Shown here piece by piece: positions 44,132 through 57,600 of a DNA stretch of 64,000 nt. Source of the DNA: Yuukianura sp. NJ FZ-2021 (Eukaryota); the NCBI GenBank assembly GCA_046563655.1, contig CM102290.1, forward strand, positions 3,534,001 to 3,598,000. The letters run 5' to 3'. The stretch's first letter is position 1; each line of letters opens with the position of its first letter. The notes under the pieces are model-generated. The model had not been told where the DNA came from, did no database searches, and saw nothing but the letters and a program-made list of their open reading frames with translations. The position numbers and the translations under genes were made by a program.

Positions 44132-44385
44132 GTCAGAACAGCCAAATCAAAAAGAGCCGATTCTATAAGAGCCGACGCCATAAGAGCCAACACCAAAAGT
44201 GCCGACTGTCAAAATAGATGAAGAAATCTACAGACAAGCCTAGTTTTGAATAAAACGGCTTAGCATGCTATCCAAACCTAACATAACTTAAATTAAATCA
44301 AGCTTGAAGTACTAAACTCTAGTTTTCCGATGTTCTACAAATCGGCTGTTTTGGAAATGGCTTTTTTTGATTTGGCTGTTATGAC
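44132..44385. mobile_element. MITE with about 30-bp TIRs and 15-bp subterminal repeats
   Basis: gtcagaacagccaaatcaaaaagagcc versus ggctttttttgatttggctgttatgac; aagagccga-like motif every 15 bp. Confidence 0.7.
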
Positions 44386-45883
44386 CTGCTACGATCGCGG
44401 TTTAGAGGTTAGCCTAAGTTCAGTTTTTTCTTGTTCAGAAACTGCAACATTATTTGTTACATTTGAGAAATACCGTAATCTCACTTATTTGTTCTCATCA
44501 TAAAGTGGAAGGCGTTGAAGGAGGAAAAAGAGTGAGTGATTGTGACTGTGATTTATTTGTTGCGCTTGGAGGGTATACTTTCCAAGATTACAAATGGGGA
44601 AACATGCAACCCTGTACAGACCAATTCTTTCAAAAATTGTAGAGCCGGAAAAGAAAGTTTTACAAAAAAGTTCAACTTTCACCTCTCCCATTCAAGGTGA
44701 AATCCGGATTGAAACTTTTCCAAAAACTGCGCTGTAGGTAAATCACTTTCTGTGTTCCGCTTGAGCCATTATACTTTTGTGTGCCGTATCTGTATGTTGT
44801 CCACTATCTCAGACAAATGGGATAGATTTTATTTACTTTCTCCGTTGATGCTTCCGTGCTGGGAGAGACATGGGAGATAACACTAAAAGCGACCACTGCT
44901 GTCACTTGCCTAACTTAAACCTCAAGCTAACCTAAAGTAAACGGAATCAGATGAAGCATAACGTATGATAAAGTTCTAATAGATTATCTCCAAGTTAATA
45001 AACTACAAAAAAGTCTTAAAGTTCAAATTTTATGTAACAGAACTAGTAGTTAGTTGACCCAACTACGTCATTGCCCGGCCTCACCGAATAAAAGTTGCAA
45101 AGATGTCAAGATTAAGAAAAGTTGAGTTTTGTGAACAATGCAAAACAAGCGAGTTTTTCGTTTTTTTGTTTTTTTTTTTCATTTGTTTTGAAATTATGTG
45201 AAGTGGAAGTAGTATATTTGACGTCTAGTACGACAAATGCTTGTGATTTAGATTTAGAAGTAGTTTGCTTTCTACTTTACTAAAGTTGTTGAGTGCGTAG
45301 AAGTCACAGCTTTAATGAACCCAGTCATAAAAACTGTTTTGTAAAACTAATGACATTTTTGAAGAGAAATGGAAAACTCTAGAGTTTTTGTGGTGGTGCT
45401 TTAGAAATACAAACAAGATGAATGACACTTCAAAAAAAATCTTTCGAAAATCTCAGAACAGAAAATCTTGGAATATAAATAAAATCCTAGCAGAATATTT
45501 ACGATTACTTCAGTCTTTCGCTACGCGGCACTCCAGAACGTTTTCAGTTAACAACAGACAGAAGACAGACAGAAGAAATCTTGAGAAAAACTCTAATTTC
45601 TCATTTCAAAAAACTCATTTTATTTTGTACTATAAAAAAACTGGAAGAATTTATGCTTAGAACATCGCATAAGCAGGAAAATTTGTATAATGGAAATCCG
45701 CCTGTCATGAACCTTCCGCGTAGCAAATGGATCCCGCTCCCCCCAAATGCCAAAATTTCAAAATGTAAAAAATTACTTTTTCACACTTCTGTCAGGTCAA
45801 AGGTCACGACAATGCCACTCTGGCAACCTGCTTTTCACTCAAAGTCATTAGCAGGAGGAGGACACATTAGCATATGGTATACG

Positions 45884-46215
45884 GAGTCAACACATCCAAA
45901 AAAAAGACGTAAGCATGAAAAACTTCAGCACGAAACACATAAGCAATAAAGACACATGCAGTACCAGCACATCAGTGATGAAAACACATTAGCCGAAAAC
46001 AAATAAAGCGCGAAATAGATAAGCAGTATGATTACGTAAGCAACATAATTACATCAAAAAATCACAAATTCCTCCAAAATTAAATTAAATTGTATTACGG
46101 TGTTGATGTGCTTTCATTGCTGATGTGTTTGTATTGCTTATGTCTTTGTTGCTGATGTGTTTCATGCTGATTTGTTTCCTACTTATGTTTTTTGCTGATT
46201 TAATGGCGTGTTTCG
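45884..46215. mobile_element. Foldback-like element made of inverted arrays of acacatcagca-type units
   Basis: Left arm has acacat(c/a)agca repeats, right arm has tgctgatgtgt repeats; flanking 8-bp direct repeat GGTATACG (45876-45883, 46216-46223). Confidence 0.6.
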
Positions 46216-49200
46216 GGTATACGTGTCACACTTTACCAAAGTCAAACATTCGCAAGCATGCCATTTTCAAACGAGATTTTTCTCAAAAGAGAAAGTAATC
46301 AAAATCATTCAACAAATTTGGTCAGATTTCAAACGTTGACATGTGTATACCAATATGTATGTAATCAAACGTTAATAAAAAAAATTCTCGGTAACGAGTC
46401 TCAGTTTTTTTTTTTTTTTTTGAAAAAAATAATCAATCATCTTTTCAAAATCTGGTGTGCTTTTCCTGGAAAGAATTATTTGTGCTTCTTTCTCATTATA
46501 GTAGAAAGCCTGTGTTGCTTTCATCCAACTCCTATTTTTCTCCGTTTGTTAAGTTCTACTTTTTTTTTCATTTTTCATTTCTCGGTCTCTTTATACTTTC
46601 TTCTTTTTGAATTTATTCATCATACAAATTTCGCTGCGACAAAAACATCTTGAATGGTTTTCATTTCTGTGGAAGTCAATGCAGAAAGTGGGGCACGACA
46701 AGAGCCACCGGAAAGACCCGCTTTCAAATCCATAGAAAATTTGAGTCCAGGAACGCCGTACTTTTGCGTAACCTATAATATAATTTTAAAAAAGAACTTT
46801 TTTTGAAACTAGAACTTATAGGGTTTACAAAAACGAACAAAAATGTACAAACTTGCCATTGTATTTGGTAGAATCAGACGTCGCTGCAGCTCCAATGCAC
46901 TTGTCCAATTTTTTTGTTGATAGAGTTCATACAGTTGACAAACTTCAGGCCCAAGCACATTTGCAAGAGCACATACACCACCAACACAACCTATTCAAAA
47001 TATGAAAATGTTGAACTTTTCTTCTTTTTTTTAACTTTTTTAGTTTTTCAAAAGAAGTCAATCAACTAATGCAAGACTGAAGTTTCATAAAGTTTGCAAA
47101 AAGTAAAAAAAAAATATTGAGAAGTTGTTGGGATACCCATAAGTAAGGCGGGTAGTAAAAATCCAGCTGAACCAGCCAAAACTTGAAAGCCGCTGCTAAT
47201 TCCATTCGTTTCGTGAACAATTCGTCCGATTTTTGTAATCTTTCCAAAAACAAGGCAGTAAAAATTTTTTGTTAGTAAATTCTTAGGAAAAGTGTAAAAT
47301 TTTGTTAAAATTTATCTCTTCAGTAATTTTTTTTTACATCTCCGCCGCTGTCCTTGAGTCCAATGATGTTAGGATGTTGAGCCAATGCTTTGACGAGGTC
47401 AGGGCTAAGGTCAATATTAGTATTAGATGGAACACTGTACAGAATTATTGGTAGTGGGCTTTGATCAGCAATTGCTTCATAGTGTCGTCCAAGTGCTGTA
47501 TCCTACAAATCAAAATTCACATACAAAGAAAAGCAAATTACATTATGAAAAATAAACGATGAAAACCCTCCAGTTCTTTTATGTTCTCCTCAGCATGGTC
47601 ATGGCGACGATGATGAAAGCGGTTTTTCAAAATTTCTATTCTGAGCAATTTTCATTTATTACGCCCACATCATTCCCTGTTTTTCATCACATAAAAAAAA
47701 CTGCAATTCAGTGAAATTTGTTGACTGTGACTAAAAAACTCTAAAGAAGTTGTGTAACAAAAGTACTTCGTAATCCGCTTCCTTTTCAAAAAAGCCAAAA
47801 TCCAAAAAAAAATAGAAGAAATGAAGCGAATAAAATTTCATTTTTTTTCTTGTGCTCAATTGAGATGAAAGTGGAAAGGGAAATTCTCGGAAGTAGTGAA
47901 AATCAGTGTCACTTCTTTGTGGGGTAAGAAGAAATAAAGTTAAGCGCCTCATAAGACATTGACACACTCTTTCTTTCATTCCTTTCTCTTCGGCTGCTGC
48001 TGGTTACGAAACTAAACTTTCACTCTTTTGTTACACAACGCCTGAGCTTTTCTTTTGAAAAAAAGTGATTTGTACGGACCCGCTGAGGTCCAGGGGTCAA
48101 ATTGGTGCTATTTCTTCAACAACAATTGGTTCGACACTTCAAAATTTCAACATTATCTAGAAAAACATCTAATCTCACCAAATTCAACATAGGCGGTAAA
48201 TTTTAAAATCCAAATTCTTTCAACGTTATTTTGACAAAAAATGGCAAGGTCAAACGTTTTTCACGAATGTAGAGAGACAAAGGTGAAAAAGTTGAAACTT
48301 GCGTTAAGAACAAGAAACAAAGTGAAAGTGAAAGTATAAAATAGTTGTAAATCTGAAGACAATGTGAGATTTCAACAAAGCTCTAACAGCCTAACCTAAA
48401 CCTAACTTTACCCTAACCTGAATGCAAAGGTTTAAAGTAGTTTTCCGTAAGTTATTAGCGTCGAAACGCTAATCCCAGGAAACCATTTTGGAAAATTCGT
48501 TTGGTTGGAGGCCAACTAACCACTTTGGGGGCTATCACACAAATCAGGCAGGTTAATATCACCTCCAATTAATTTGAACCTTCCCGCCAAACCATTTTTG
48601 GCTGCTTTTGGTGTCGCCATTTTTTGCCAAGCCTGATTGCCTTGTGTCTAATACACTTCCTAACCCCCCAGCACAACCTAACCTAAAGTCTCCCTTTCCA
48701 ATAGATTTATTTACTCCAGTCCATTAGTTCTCAAGAGGAAACTACAAGTTAGTTACGACTTAAGGCACAAAGCATAGAGTCCGGAAATGCAGTGGAAGCA
48801 ATGCTCCAACTTTTTCTACCTTATGTACTACAGAAGAAAAGTTCAAGACTTTTGTTCAAACTTTTTCTTTAAAGTACGGAAAAAGATTTAAAACATGAAT
48901 GAAAACTGGGAAAGAGGTGCTTTTGGTATACGAAACTGGAGAGCGTCATGTTATACATATTTCGCATCATCCCGGAAAAAGATTTAATAGTTGCAACTTC
49001 AACGAACCCATTCTCAAGTCAAAGCAAAGATTAACAATTTCAAAAGTTTTCTTTTCCAAAGCAATCTCCAACATTTCAATTCTACTTAAACATGAACACG
49101 GATGCGGAAAAGTAAACTTTTGTAAAAACTTCCTTTTGCGAAAAACTTCTTTCATGAACTTTTGAACTTGGATTGTCGAATTCTAAAAAAGAAAAATTTG

Positions 49201-49956
49201 TTTGTACTAAAAAATACACTTAATTTGAAAAATCTTTTCCCAAACTCCTTTTAAGAACTCTTTTTTTTTAAATTCATTTTACCTAAATTACGAAATCTGA
49301 GAGCCACCTATTAAGCGCCACCCTTACTTTTTTTTTTATTAAATTACTTTCTCCACTGATTAGATTTTTCTAATTTGGCCTTTTAAACCTTAAAAGGAGA
49401 GCCTTTTTTTTAAACCAAATGCAATTTGATTTTTTTCTACACAAATTGAAAAAGAGAAAGGTTGACACTAATATTTGGTGCAAACTGAAGGAAAAACGAA
49501 AACAATAAAAAAAATCGCAGTGGAAAGGTTGTCAATTTCTTTCGATTTCTACCAAGTCATTGGACACAAATGACAAGCGGTAAAAGTAAGTCACAATAAA
49601 TAGAATGGATTTTTTTGAAACTTTACATTTTCAGCATCTCATAACAATTTTGTTCAAACATGCACTTACTGTCATTTGGCCCTTGAAAAATGAAGGAGTG
49701 ATAATGAGAGCAGCATCAGCGAGTTTGGCCTCTCCAACTTCTTGACATATCTCAATTGTCTCTTCAGTTCCTAGAGCGAAGATGCAAAAAAGCATTTCAA
49801 CTAAAGATAAAGAAACTTTTATAACCGTGGTGACCTCTGATTTTATTCAGAATCTATATTTTAGCGGTTTTGAAACCGAACAAGGTCAAAATGTCAAACG
49901 CTTCAATTTTACTGACTTTAAACCAATGTGAATAAAAATCTTCGTAAGAAGCTACG

Positions 49957-50354
49957 TAGTGTTGGCGGATAGTATCCACTTTTTCGACAATTCATCCACG
50001 GCTGGATATCCAGTGGAAGAAATGGACAAAATGGATGAATCCAAAGGGGCTGAAATTTACTCGCGGGGTTTGAATTATTTGTATACAAACTAAAAAAATG
50101 AAAATCATGTACAAAAGGAAGTGAATAACGTTGTTAATTAAGTTTTAAACAGTTAATTAATTTAAAAGGTGAGAGGAAAGTTGTTGATGAAATTATTCTG
50201 CAATTTTAAATTTGAATTTTTTTGAATTTTGCGCTAAATTTTTAATTTCTTCCATCTACTAATTGTTTCGTTCATTTGGAGCACATTTCTTCCAGTGGAT
50301 ATCCAGTGAAAGTGGCAATTAAGCCACTGGACGTTTAAGCATTCTTCAACACTG
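49957..50354. mobile_element. Non-autonomous hAT element (398 bp)
   Basis: Termini TAGTGTTG ... CAACACTG, perfect 8-bp TSD AAGCTACG (49949-49956, 50355-50362), internal inverted ctggatatccagtggaagaaatg / catttcttccagtggatatccag. Confidence 0.85.
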
Positions 50355-50567
50355 AAGCTACGTAAGCATCCAATAAGGAGCGTCACAGAGGACGCTTCTT
50401 GAATTTGCGGGAATTATTCGCATGTTTACGTTTGACATTCAGTTCAGACTCCAAACCACTTTAGTCAACTGGAACTTTAGTGAGAGTCGGCGCAATCTGC
50501 GACAATGGCACAGATCTTTGTTTTCGAGTGGCTTTGGGATGGATATCAAAGGGCACTCAATGGTTGT

Positions 50568-51184
50568 TTAGAACAAGTAGAGAAGTGAATTGAATAATGA
50601 AAATTTTCTAGAACCGAATTTGTAGAAGCTTTTATAGAAAACAGACGAACCGTAGGCTCCGAGTCCAGCAATAATGACTGCATCCTTCCTCGCCAGTCCA
50701 AATCGAGTGGATTTCAAAAGATTGAACTTTTCTGATCTTGAAAGGCTTGGTGGCTCTCCATTAGAACCCAACAAAACATAGCCTGTGTACAGAACCCAAT
50801 ACAATTGAGTTAATCAAAGCTTCAGAGTTTAAGCTAAGGTCCTCATCTAACCCTAACCTAAAAGCTAATCCAAGTGACCTGACCTTTGAAGGGAGTTTTG
50901 TTCCAGACTTCAAAGTTTTTCTGGAGTAAGTCCAGGTCAATACAAGTGGATCCTCGGGAGGAAGCTTGGACTCGGAATGGCGTTGGAACAGGCGGGAAGA
51001 TACCGCTGATATCCACCGGAACTTTTTCAGAATTCGAATTTCCCGCTCCTTGAACTTTGAATGAAAATGGTTTGGAGTGCGTTGTTGATCCAGCGAAGGT
51101 CAACGACGTTTTTCCAGACTGAAAACCACTGTTCTGGAAAATGTGGCGCTGGAACGAACTCACTCCATGTTTCACTCCTGCCAT
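50568..51184 (-). CDS. Possible small two-exon orphan gene (MAGVKHGVSSF...KTPFKG|YVLLGSNGEPP...LLYLF)
   Basis: Two relatively GC-rich ORFs that splice in frame via AAAG|GTCAGG and ACACAG|; no recognised homology, and this could be 3'UTR of the neighbouring gene. Confidence 0.3.
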
Positions 51185-51616
51185 ATTTTTTTTCAAGGAG
51201 TAACAAACTTGAAAACAAGGTTTGACCTAACCAAACTAATTTCACTGGGAACAAAATTTGTAACTTTTTGAAATTGAAGTTTTTGTGTTCTCTTGTTAAG
51301 TTCTCTAAGGATTTAAATCTAATCTTTTCAAACCACTTCAACCGCAAACACTCTAGAGTTACTGGACCTCGCGAAGAAGTTTTAGCATCTGTTGTGTGTT
51401 CTGGGACAAACCCACTCTCAATTTGAAAAACACATACACAAAAATTTGACCTTGACGTTTGGCCTCTAACCAAAATAGTTTTTGTATCCAGGGTGTCATT
51501 TATTAAATCACTTTCTACAAACCTTTTTTCTAAACTAAAATTAGGCGAAACTTAAAAAAACATTTTTGGTGGCCATTTTGACAGGAAATTCTAAGTCTAA
51601 AAGTAAAAAAGAGGCA

Positions 51617-54600
51617 CTAGGCAATGTAAGTGATGGACGTCTCGTGGTGACCTTTGACCCCATCCACCCTCAAGGTTAACTGAAGGGGCTCTGTTGTGTC
51701 CAGTCCATGCAGGAGGGCCCTTCGTCTTGTTTCCTTCGGCACCCTTAGACTACTCGCTCCGTTCACAGAGATCTGAGAACAGATTCAAATCAAATTGAAT
51801 TTTAAAAAGTTCAAAAAAAGTTTTGGGTTAAACTTTCACAACTTTTTTTTCTCTTCAAAAAAGTTTACCTCGTAGCCATCAACGGGTGGATTGGCACACC
51901 ATGATACCAGTAACGCATCATCTCCAATTCGTCTCAGAACTCGAAAGTCCAGAAAGTGTCCAGACAGTGGGGACTCCACCGGGTTAGAACAACTTTTTAG
52001 AATTTCCTAAAACGAAGATTCACAAAACAAAATTTGAAAAAAAAAAGTTGGTCGAAGATAAACTTTGAAGTCCAAAATCTGGTCAACCTTAGCCCCTAGA
52101 ATTCCAAAAATCCATTTCTTACCCTAATTCGAGTCTGTTCACTTTCAAAGTAGGTCAACAGTGAAGTCGTGTCGAGCGGAAAATCTTCTATGGCGACCGT
52201 CGAACTTTCTGCTGCTGCTCCCATAAGAAGATGCTGCCCAGTAGTTCCAGTACTACAACTGCCCAGTACGGGATACCTTTTGGCTACACTTCGAATGTCT
52301 TGTAGAACTTGGTCCAGAACGTAGTTTCCACTAGCTGCCACACCATGGACGTCCACCGCCGCGGTCACGGTCGAGAGCTGTCCAATTCTTCTTGCTAGGA
52401 TTTGAATAATTTCATTCTTTTCATCGCATCGTAACTTCCACCACCAAGATTCATTCAGATGAGATTCACGAAGATCTTTCTCACGCCGGATACGGAGTTC
52501 GTCCAGTCCCTTCAACTTACGAAGCGTCTCATCCTGGAGAAACACAAAAGTATATTTAAAAAAACTTTCCCCGAAACCTTTTCTCTTTAGAATTTTAAAA
52601 TTCTGGACCTTCTTGAACTAAAGCTCTTACCTTCTTGTAAAGCTCAGCTTCTAGGTGAGCTATGCTAAGTTTGAGTGCTTTGTTTTCGTCCAGATGACAC
52701 CTCCAAGGAAACACAGTTGAAGTGTTGGGATTCCACTTGGGGGACTATAAGTAAAAAATCATCCTTTTTTGCAACAGTAAGCTTGAGAAAGTGGTTTTGA
52801 GCACGCGGGGATTTTCAAAATATACTGTTGTGAAAACTTTTATTACCGGCAGAGACGGAGACAAATGCTCCTCACTTTCACATCTTGAGAGGTGACCTTC
52901 TGCCTAGAACGTCAAGACAAAGCAAAGGTCAATTAAAGACATGCAAACTGTTTGTGTGCCACTTGTGAATTATACCAATTTTTTCACAATACGATACAAA
53001 AAAGTTGACTTTTTGGTTCAACCAGGTTGATTCTAACTTTTAGGGTCTCAAAGATGCGTGAAAATTTGTATCGATTCAAATTTGGAACTCTCCGGGCACT
53101 TTGTTAAATCGTAAATTGCTGGAAGATGAAGCGTGACATGGAGCGGGAAAACGTTCCACGTGAATGCTTTGAATCACCACTTCCTAGATTATTGCTGGCG
53201 GGAAAATATGGTTTCTGGATGTTACCAAAAGGGAAATGGAGAATTAAAGTTCTCTCTTTGCCAAAATCATAACTTTCTCCCGCTTTCACTATTTGGTCAA
53301 CCGATCCACCACCGCCTGCAACTATTTGGTGTATGTTAGCTTACGTTTTTTACCGGCATAAAACGAGCTGATTTTAATCAAGTTTTGTATTTGTTTTAGT
53401 TAAATTTCAAAGAATGACAACCGTACGTTTTTGCTTAGGTTTGTTGGGCAAAAAAAGAGAGTTTTTACAGTTATTCGGGTATTGGGAAATAGTTTGACCA
53501 ATTGAAACTAAAAGAGTGTCATAATCGATTAATTGGTGAAGTGATTAAAACACCGTTGACGAATTGTACAACTGTACTTGAGATAGTTTGTGCCCAATTG
53601 GGTTCTGTTATAACTGTTTTGAGAGCGAAAGATGAATTAGAGCGGAAGAAATAATTTTAGTATTCAAAATGTCTCCGGTTGAAGTCGAACTCACTGTGAG
53701 TTGGTAACTTTGTAACTTCTGCCGTTCCATTAATCGAATCTCTTGATGATTAATTGAAGATTTATAAAAAAAAATGGTTTTGAAAAAGTAAAAATAGCGA
53801 AAATGGTTGAAAACGGTTTAGCGAGGAGCTTAATTGCCCAAAAACGCCATGGGAAATTTTCTCTAAAAAGTCAAGTTAATTTCATCAAAGTCATTGCAAA
53901 GTTCGAATTTCCCAATTCAATCTTGCAGATTCTATTAAAATTTTGAACTTTCTCGAGTGCAGAATTTGATATTTTCTGATGCAATTTTGCAAAAGAATTG
54001 TATAAAAAAGTTCAAAGAATTACTTGAGATCCTTCTAGCATTATGGTGAGTGTCGTCAGTTGCTCAGAGACTTCACGAAGTTTTGGACCGACGGTGGACT
54101 TGCATAAGATGCAGGTCTGTTTCAATTGGAAAAATTTGTTTTAAAAAATTGAAAATTTCGAGAGTCCAAAAAATCAACGTTACTTCAATAGTGGCCATGA
54201 CGTCTTTGACATGCCAACAAACGCCCTTGAGTCCACCTTCGTTTTTGGCAAAGGCTTCAAGGTCATTGGACTGCGTGAAGTTACTGCGACTTAGGCACCC
54301 TCCCTCTGCGATTTGCTTTTTCAGTTCAGCATTCCTCTTCTGCAACTCGTCCACTTTGGAATTCAAAATTTGAACAAGTTTCTCACTTTCGTCTACCCGT
54401 TCTGTCACTTCGGTCAAAGTTTTCTAAAAAAAAAGTATAAAAAAAAGTTATTCAAGAACTTTAAAAAGAGAGGTGAAATAAAGTCCTGCACTTCCTTTGA
54501 ACAAAGTGCTAAAACGCCCAAAGCGTTTTGCTAATAACCCGTATTTATAATCAGCAAAGCCTTTTCTTTTTGTGCCAATTTTCAAATACAAACTTTTCTC

Positions 54601-57600
54601 AAAAAAGAGTTAAATTTTAGTGCTCAATTTTTGTTAATGGGATTTTACTTTAAAAAAACGCCTTTGGATGTTAATTATTTTTCTTTTTCATTAAGCAAAT
54701 TTCTTAATTAGTTGGGAGCGAAGGAAAAAGTTCAAAAATGGTGGAAATTATGAAACTTCGTTTGGCAGGAAAATTTGAACTTTTGGCGGGACTTGAGAGA
54801 TGTTGTATATTTGGATGATGAATGCTTCCGTTGAGGTTAACATTTAGGTGGAGAAAGTCCAGGATGAGATAAATCAGGAAAAGGAAAGTGGAAAAACTTA
54901 CCTCTAAATAAAGGACTTCCTCCCGCAACATTCCATTTGAGCATTCCAACTCACCCACTTCCCTTTGACTTCCCGCCAATTCAAACTCCAATTTTGAAAT
55001 CTAAAAAAGTGAACAAAATTAGACTTTCTATCCTAACCTAACAGGAATCTTGATGACACAGCGTATCGTAATCGTCTAGTTTAACTTATGGATTGAAGTT
55101 ATTTTGAAAAAAAAAATTGAATAATCTCTCAGCTTTATATAACCTGTGAATTTGTTACTATGAATTTCGGAAGTTAGTTTTTGATAAGGAAATGGAAAAA
55201 TCGAGACAGATTTATTTTCAATAACTTGTTCTCTCAATTTTAATTTAAAATAAATTCGTAAAATTTTATTTCAAAAAACGAATCCAAATTTAGAAAAAAA
55301 CTGCGTTTGTCAATTTTACCTTTTCTTGAAACTCATTTTCATATCGATTTAGGAAATCCTCCTTGTCCTGAATCATTGCTCCCGCGTCCTTCAGTTGTGT
55401 TTGAAGAATTTGAATTTCCTGCTTAAATTTTCCCTCCTGTTGGACTTTAGCCTCCAATTCATTCTGAAGTACCGTAAGTCTTCCACCAACCGCCTCCGTC
55501 TCTGCTCTCAGTCCACAAATCCTCTCCAAGTGCCTCTTTTCCTTCCTTTCTTCCACTTTCAACTTTTCCCGCCAATTCATTTCACTTTGTTCAAGTTCTT
55601 CTACCCGATTCATCATTTTCTTAGCATTTGCTTTAGCATCGTCCAGTTTACTTTTGAGGTCAATGGCCGTCGTTAGAGCCTCACGCAGTTGGGCATTGTC
55701 GCTTTCCAATTTTTCAATTCTATTCCAGCTACTTTTTTCCTCTTCTTGCAAAAGACTACGCAACCTGTTGACCTCTGTTGTCAAATGAACAATTTCTTGG
55801 TTACGACTCTCCAAACTTGCAACCAGCGAAGCCGAACCGGTAGCGGCATTGGGTTCGGCGGGAAGAGTTCCGGAGACGATATTTTTTGGACTTCCTGGTG
55901 AACTACTTTTGTCGGTTTGACACAATTCACGAACTTTTTGGGTTATTTGATTAGTGATTCTAAGAATCTTGGAATTTGATGAAGATTCTTCCAAGTCGTG
56001 CTGGATTTTAGGTGTCAATTCTGTTGGAAAAAGAGATCGGATTCGGTTGGCGACGAGAGTGCCTTTTAATTTTGGTCCAGCGATGCTCATTGGTCTACCG
56101 GCGCTGGAAGAAACAGCGATAGCGTCATTAGAATTCTTACTGCGCTCAACCTCTAGCTCATCCAGAGCTTTAATTAAGGCTTCCCAGTCTTCCTGGAGTG
56201 ACGAATACTTTGAGCGGGAAGGATTGAGCAGCGAAGAGGGAGTGCTGAAGACTGGTTTGTATTCAGCGCTTAAGATTCTGTCGTTGGAAAAAGTTCCCGC
56301 CAAAAGTTTTGGACATGTTTGAATCCCTACTTCGACAACTTTTGTTTTTTCGGAGTGCAAAAGTATGGCCGAATCGGATGATTTGCTGCTTGGCTCTCCG
56401 CTGGAGCGATTTGGAAGCGACAGAAGCCTTGACCTTGGTGCATGCAGTGCTGGAAATCGCTGTTGACTTTTCCAGATTTTTCGATTTTCAAAATTTTGAT
56501 GTTTCCAAATTTTTTGACTTTTCCAAATTACCCAAGCTAACAGAGCTGGAATTGATTGAAGAAGGAATTGAATGGAATCTTTGAGTTCCATGTTCGATTC
56601 TTCCAGATCAAAATTTTGTTGTTCTTGGTTTTGAATTTTGGATTCCAGCAAAGAAAGCTGGCTGGTCAATCGCTCTTCTTTGTCCTCCAAAATTTGAATT
56701 TCGGTGCTCAATTGCTCAACATAGTCACGTGCTTCACAGAGCTCAACTTCCAAACTTCTTTTCTTTTGTTTTGTTCGTTTCAACTTCTCTTCGTATCTAA
56801 AAAGAAACAGCATTAGATTAAGTTATTAGATTATGTTACACATGTCTGTCAGTTACTCTATTTGGCAGCACTCAAATTGCTTCAATTTCCTTTATTCGCG
56901 CCATATTCAATTACCTTTGGCACAAATTTCGACTATCATTCTCAGCCTCTTCCATTTCTGCTTTCTCCTCCTCCAGTTTCTGACTCTCCGTGAGCAAAAG
57001 TGAAATTTTATTTTCCAATGACTGCACATAGTCAACATTTCCATGTTTACGAAGTTTTCTCTCAAACTCTTGAATTTTTTGGCGGCAAATTAGAAATTCA
57101 TATGGAAGGATGGGATCATTGACCGGTTTGACTTTTGACACGGGTTGCTTCATTTCTTTTACTACATTAGCCTCTTCTGGTTGCTGGATTCGTGTCACGA
57201 GGTCTTCAAGTTGTATCACCAATCGACTTAACTCATTACCCAAGTCTTCATGATTCGTTCCACGCCCAGTACATTGACGAAGACTACTCGTAAACGAATC
57301 TTCTGAAAATTGACTTTCAAAAATCCCGCTTTCCTGGAAGGAGAGTGACTCTGAACAGTCGCTGCAAGAACTCCGAGCTTCTGTGACACTCGCATGGCCA
57401 TTGGATGAGCGTTCTTCATTATTCTACCAAAAATTTCAAAGAAAATATGAAAAAAAAAAAGAAAACTCAATGCTTAAATTTTCGTGATCGTGACACAAGC
57501 GCCCCAAATAATCCTATACTCAATCACCCATATTTCAATTTTGGAAAATCATCTTCCCGATTAAAGCTAAACACAAGTAAAATTTTGGTAAGACATGACA

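Noticed and set aside
48386..48420. CCTAA/AACCT repeats as interstitial TTAGG telomere
   Set aside because: Only a few degenerate units; similar patches are scattered through the window
34600..49200. Numerous 60-130 aa Phe/Lys-rich ORFs outside the NPFR exon
   Set aside because: They reflect poly-T/poly-A tracts, often start at non-ATG codons, and show no motifs or splice support
56911..57243. ORF starting MGNELS as a myristoylated isoform
   Set aside because: The start is TTG inside an internal exon (about 57424-56915) whose frame is open upstream
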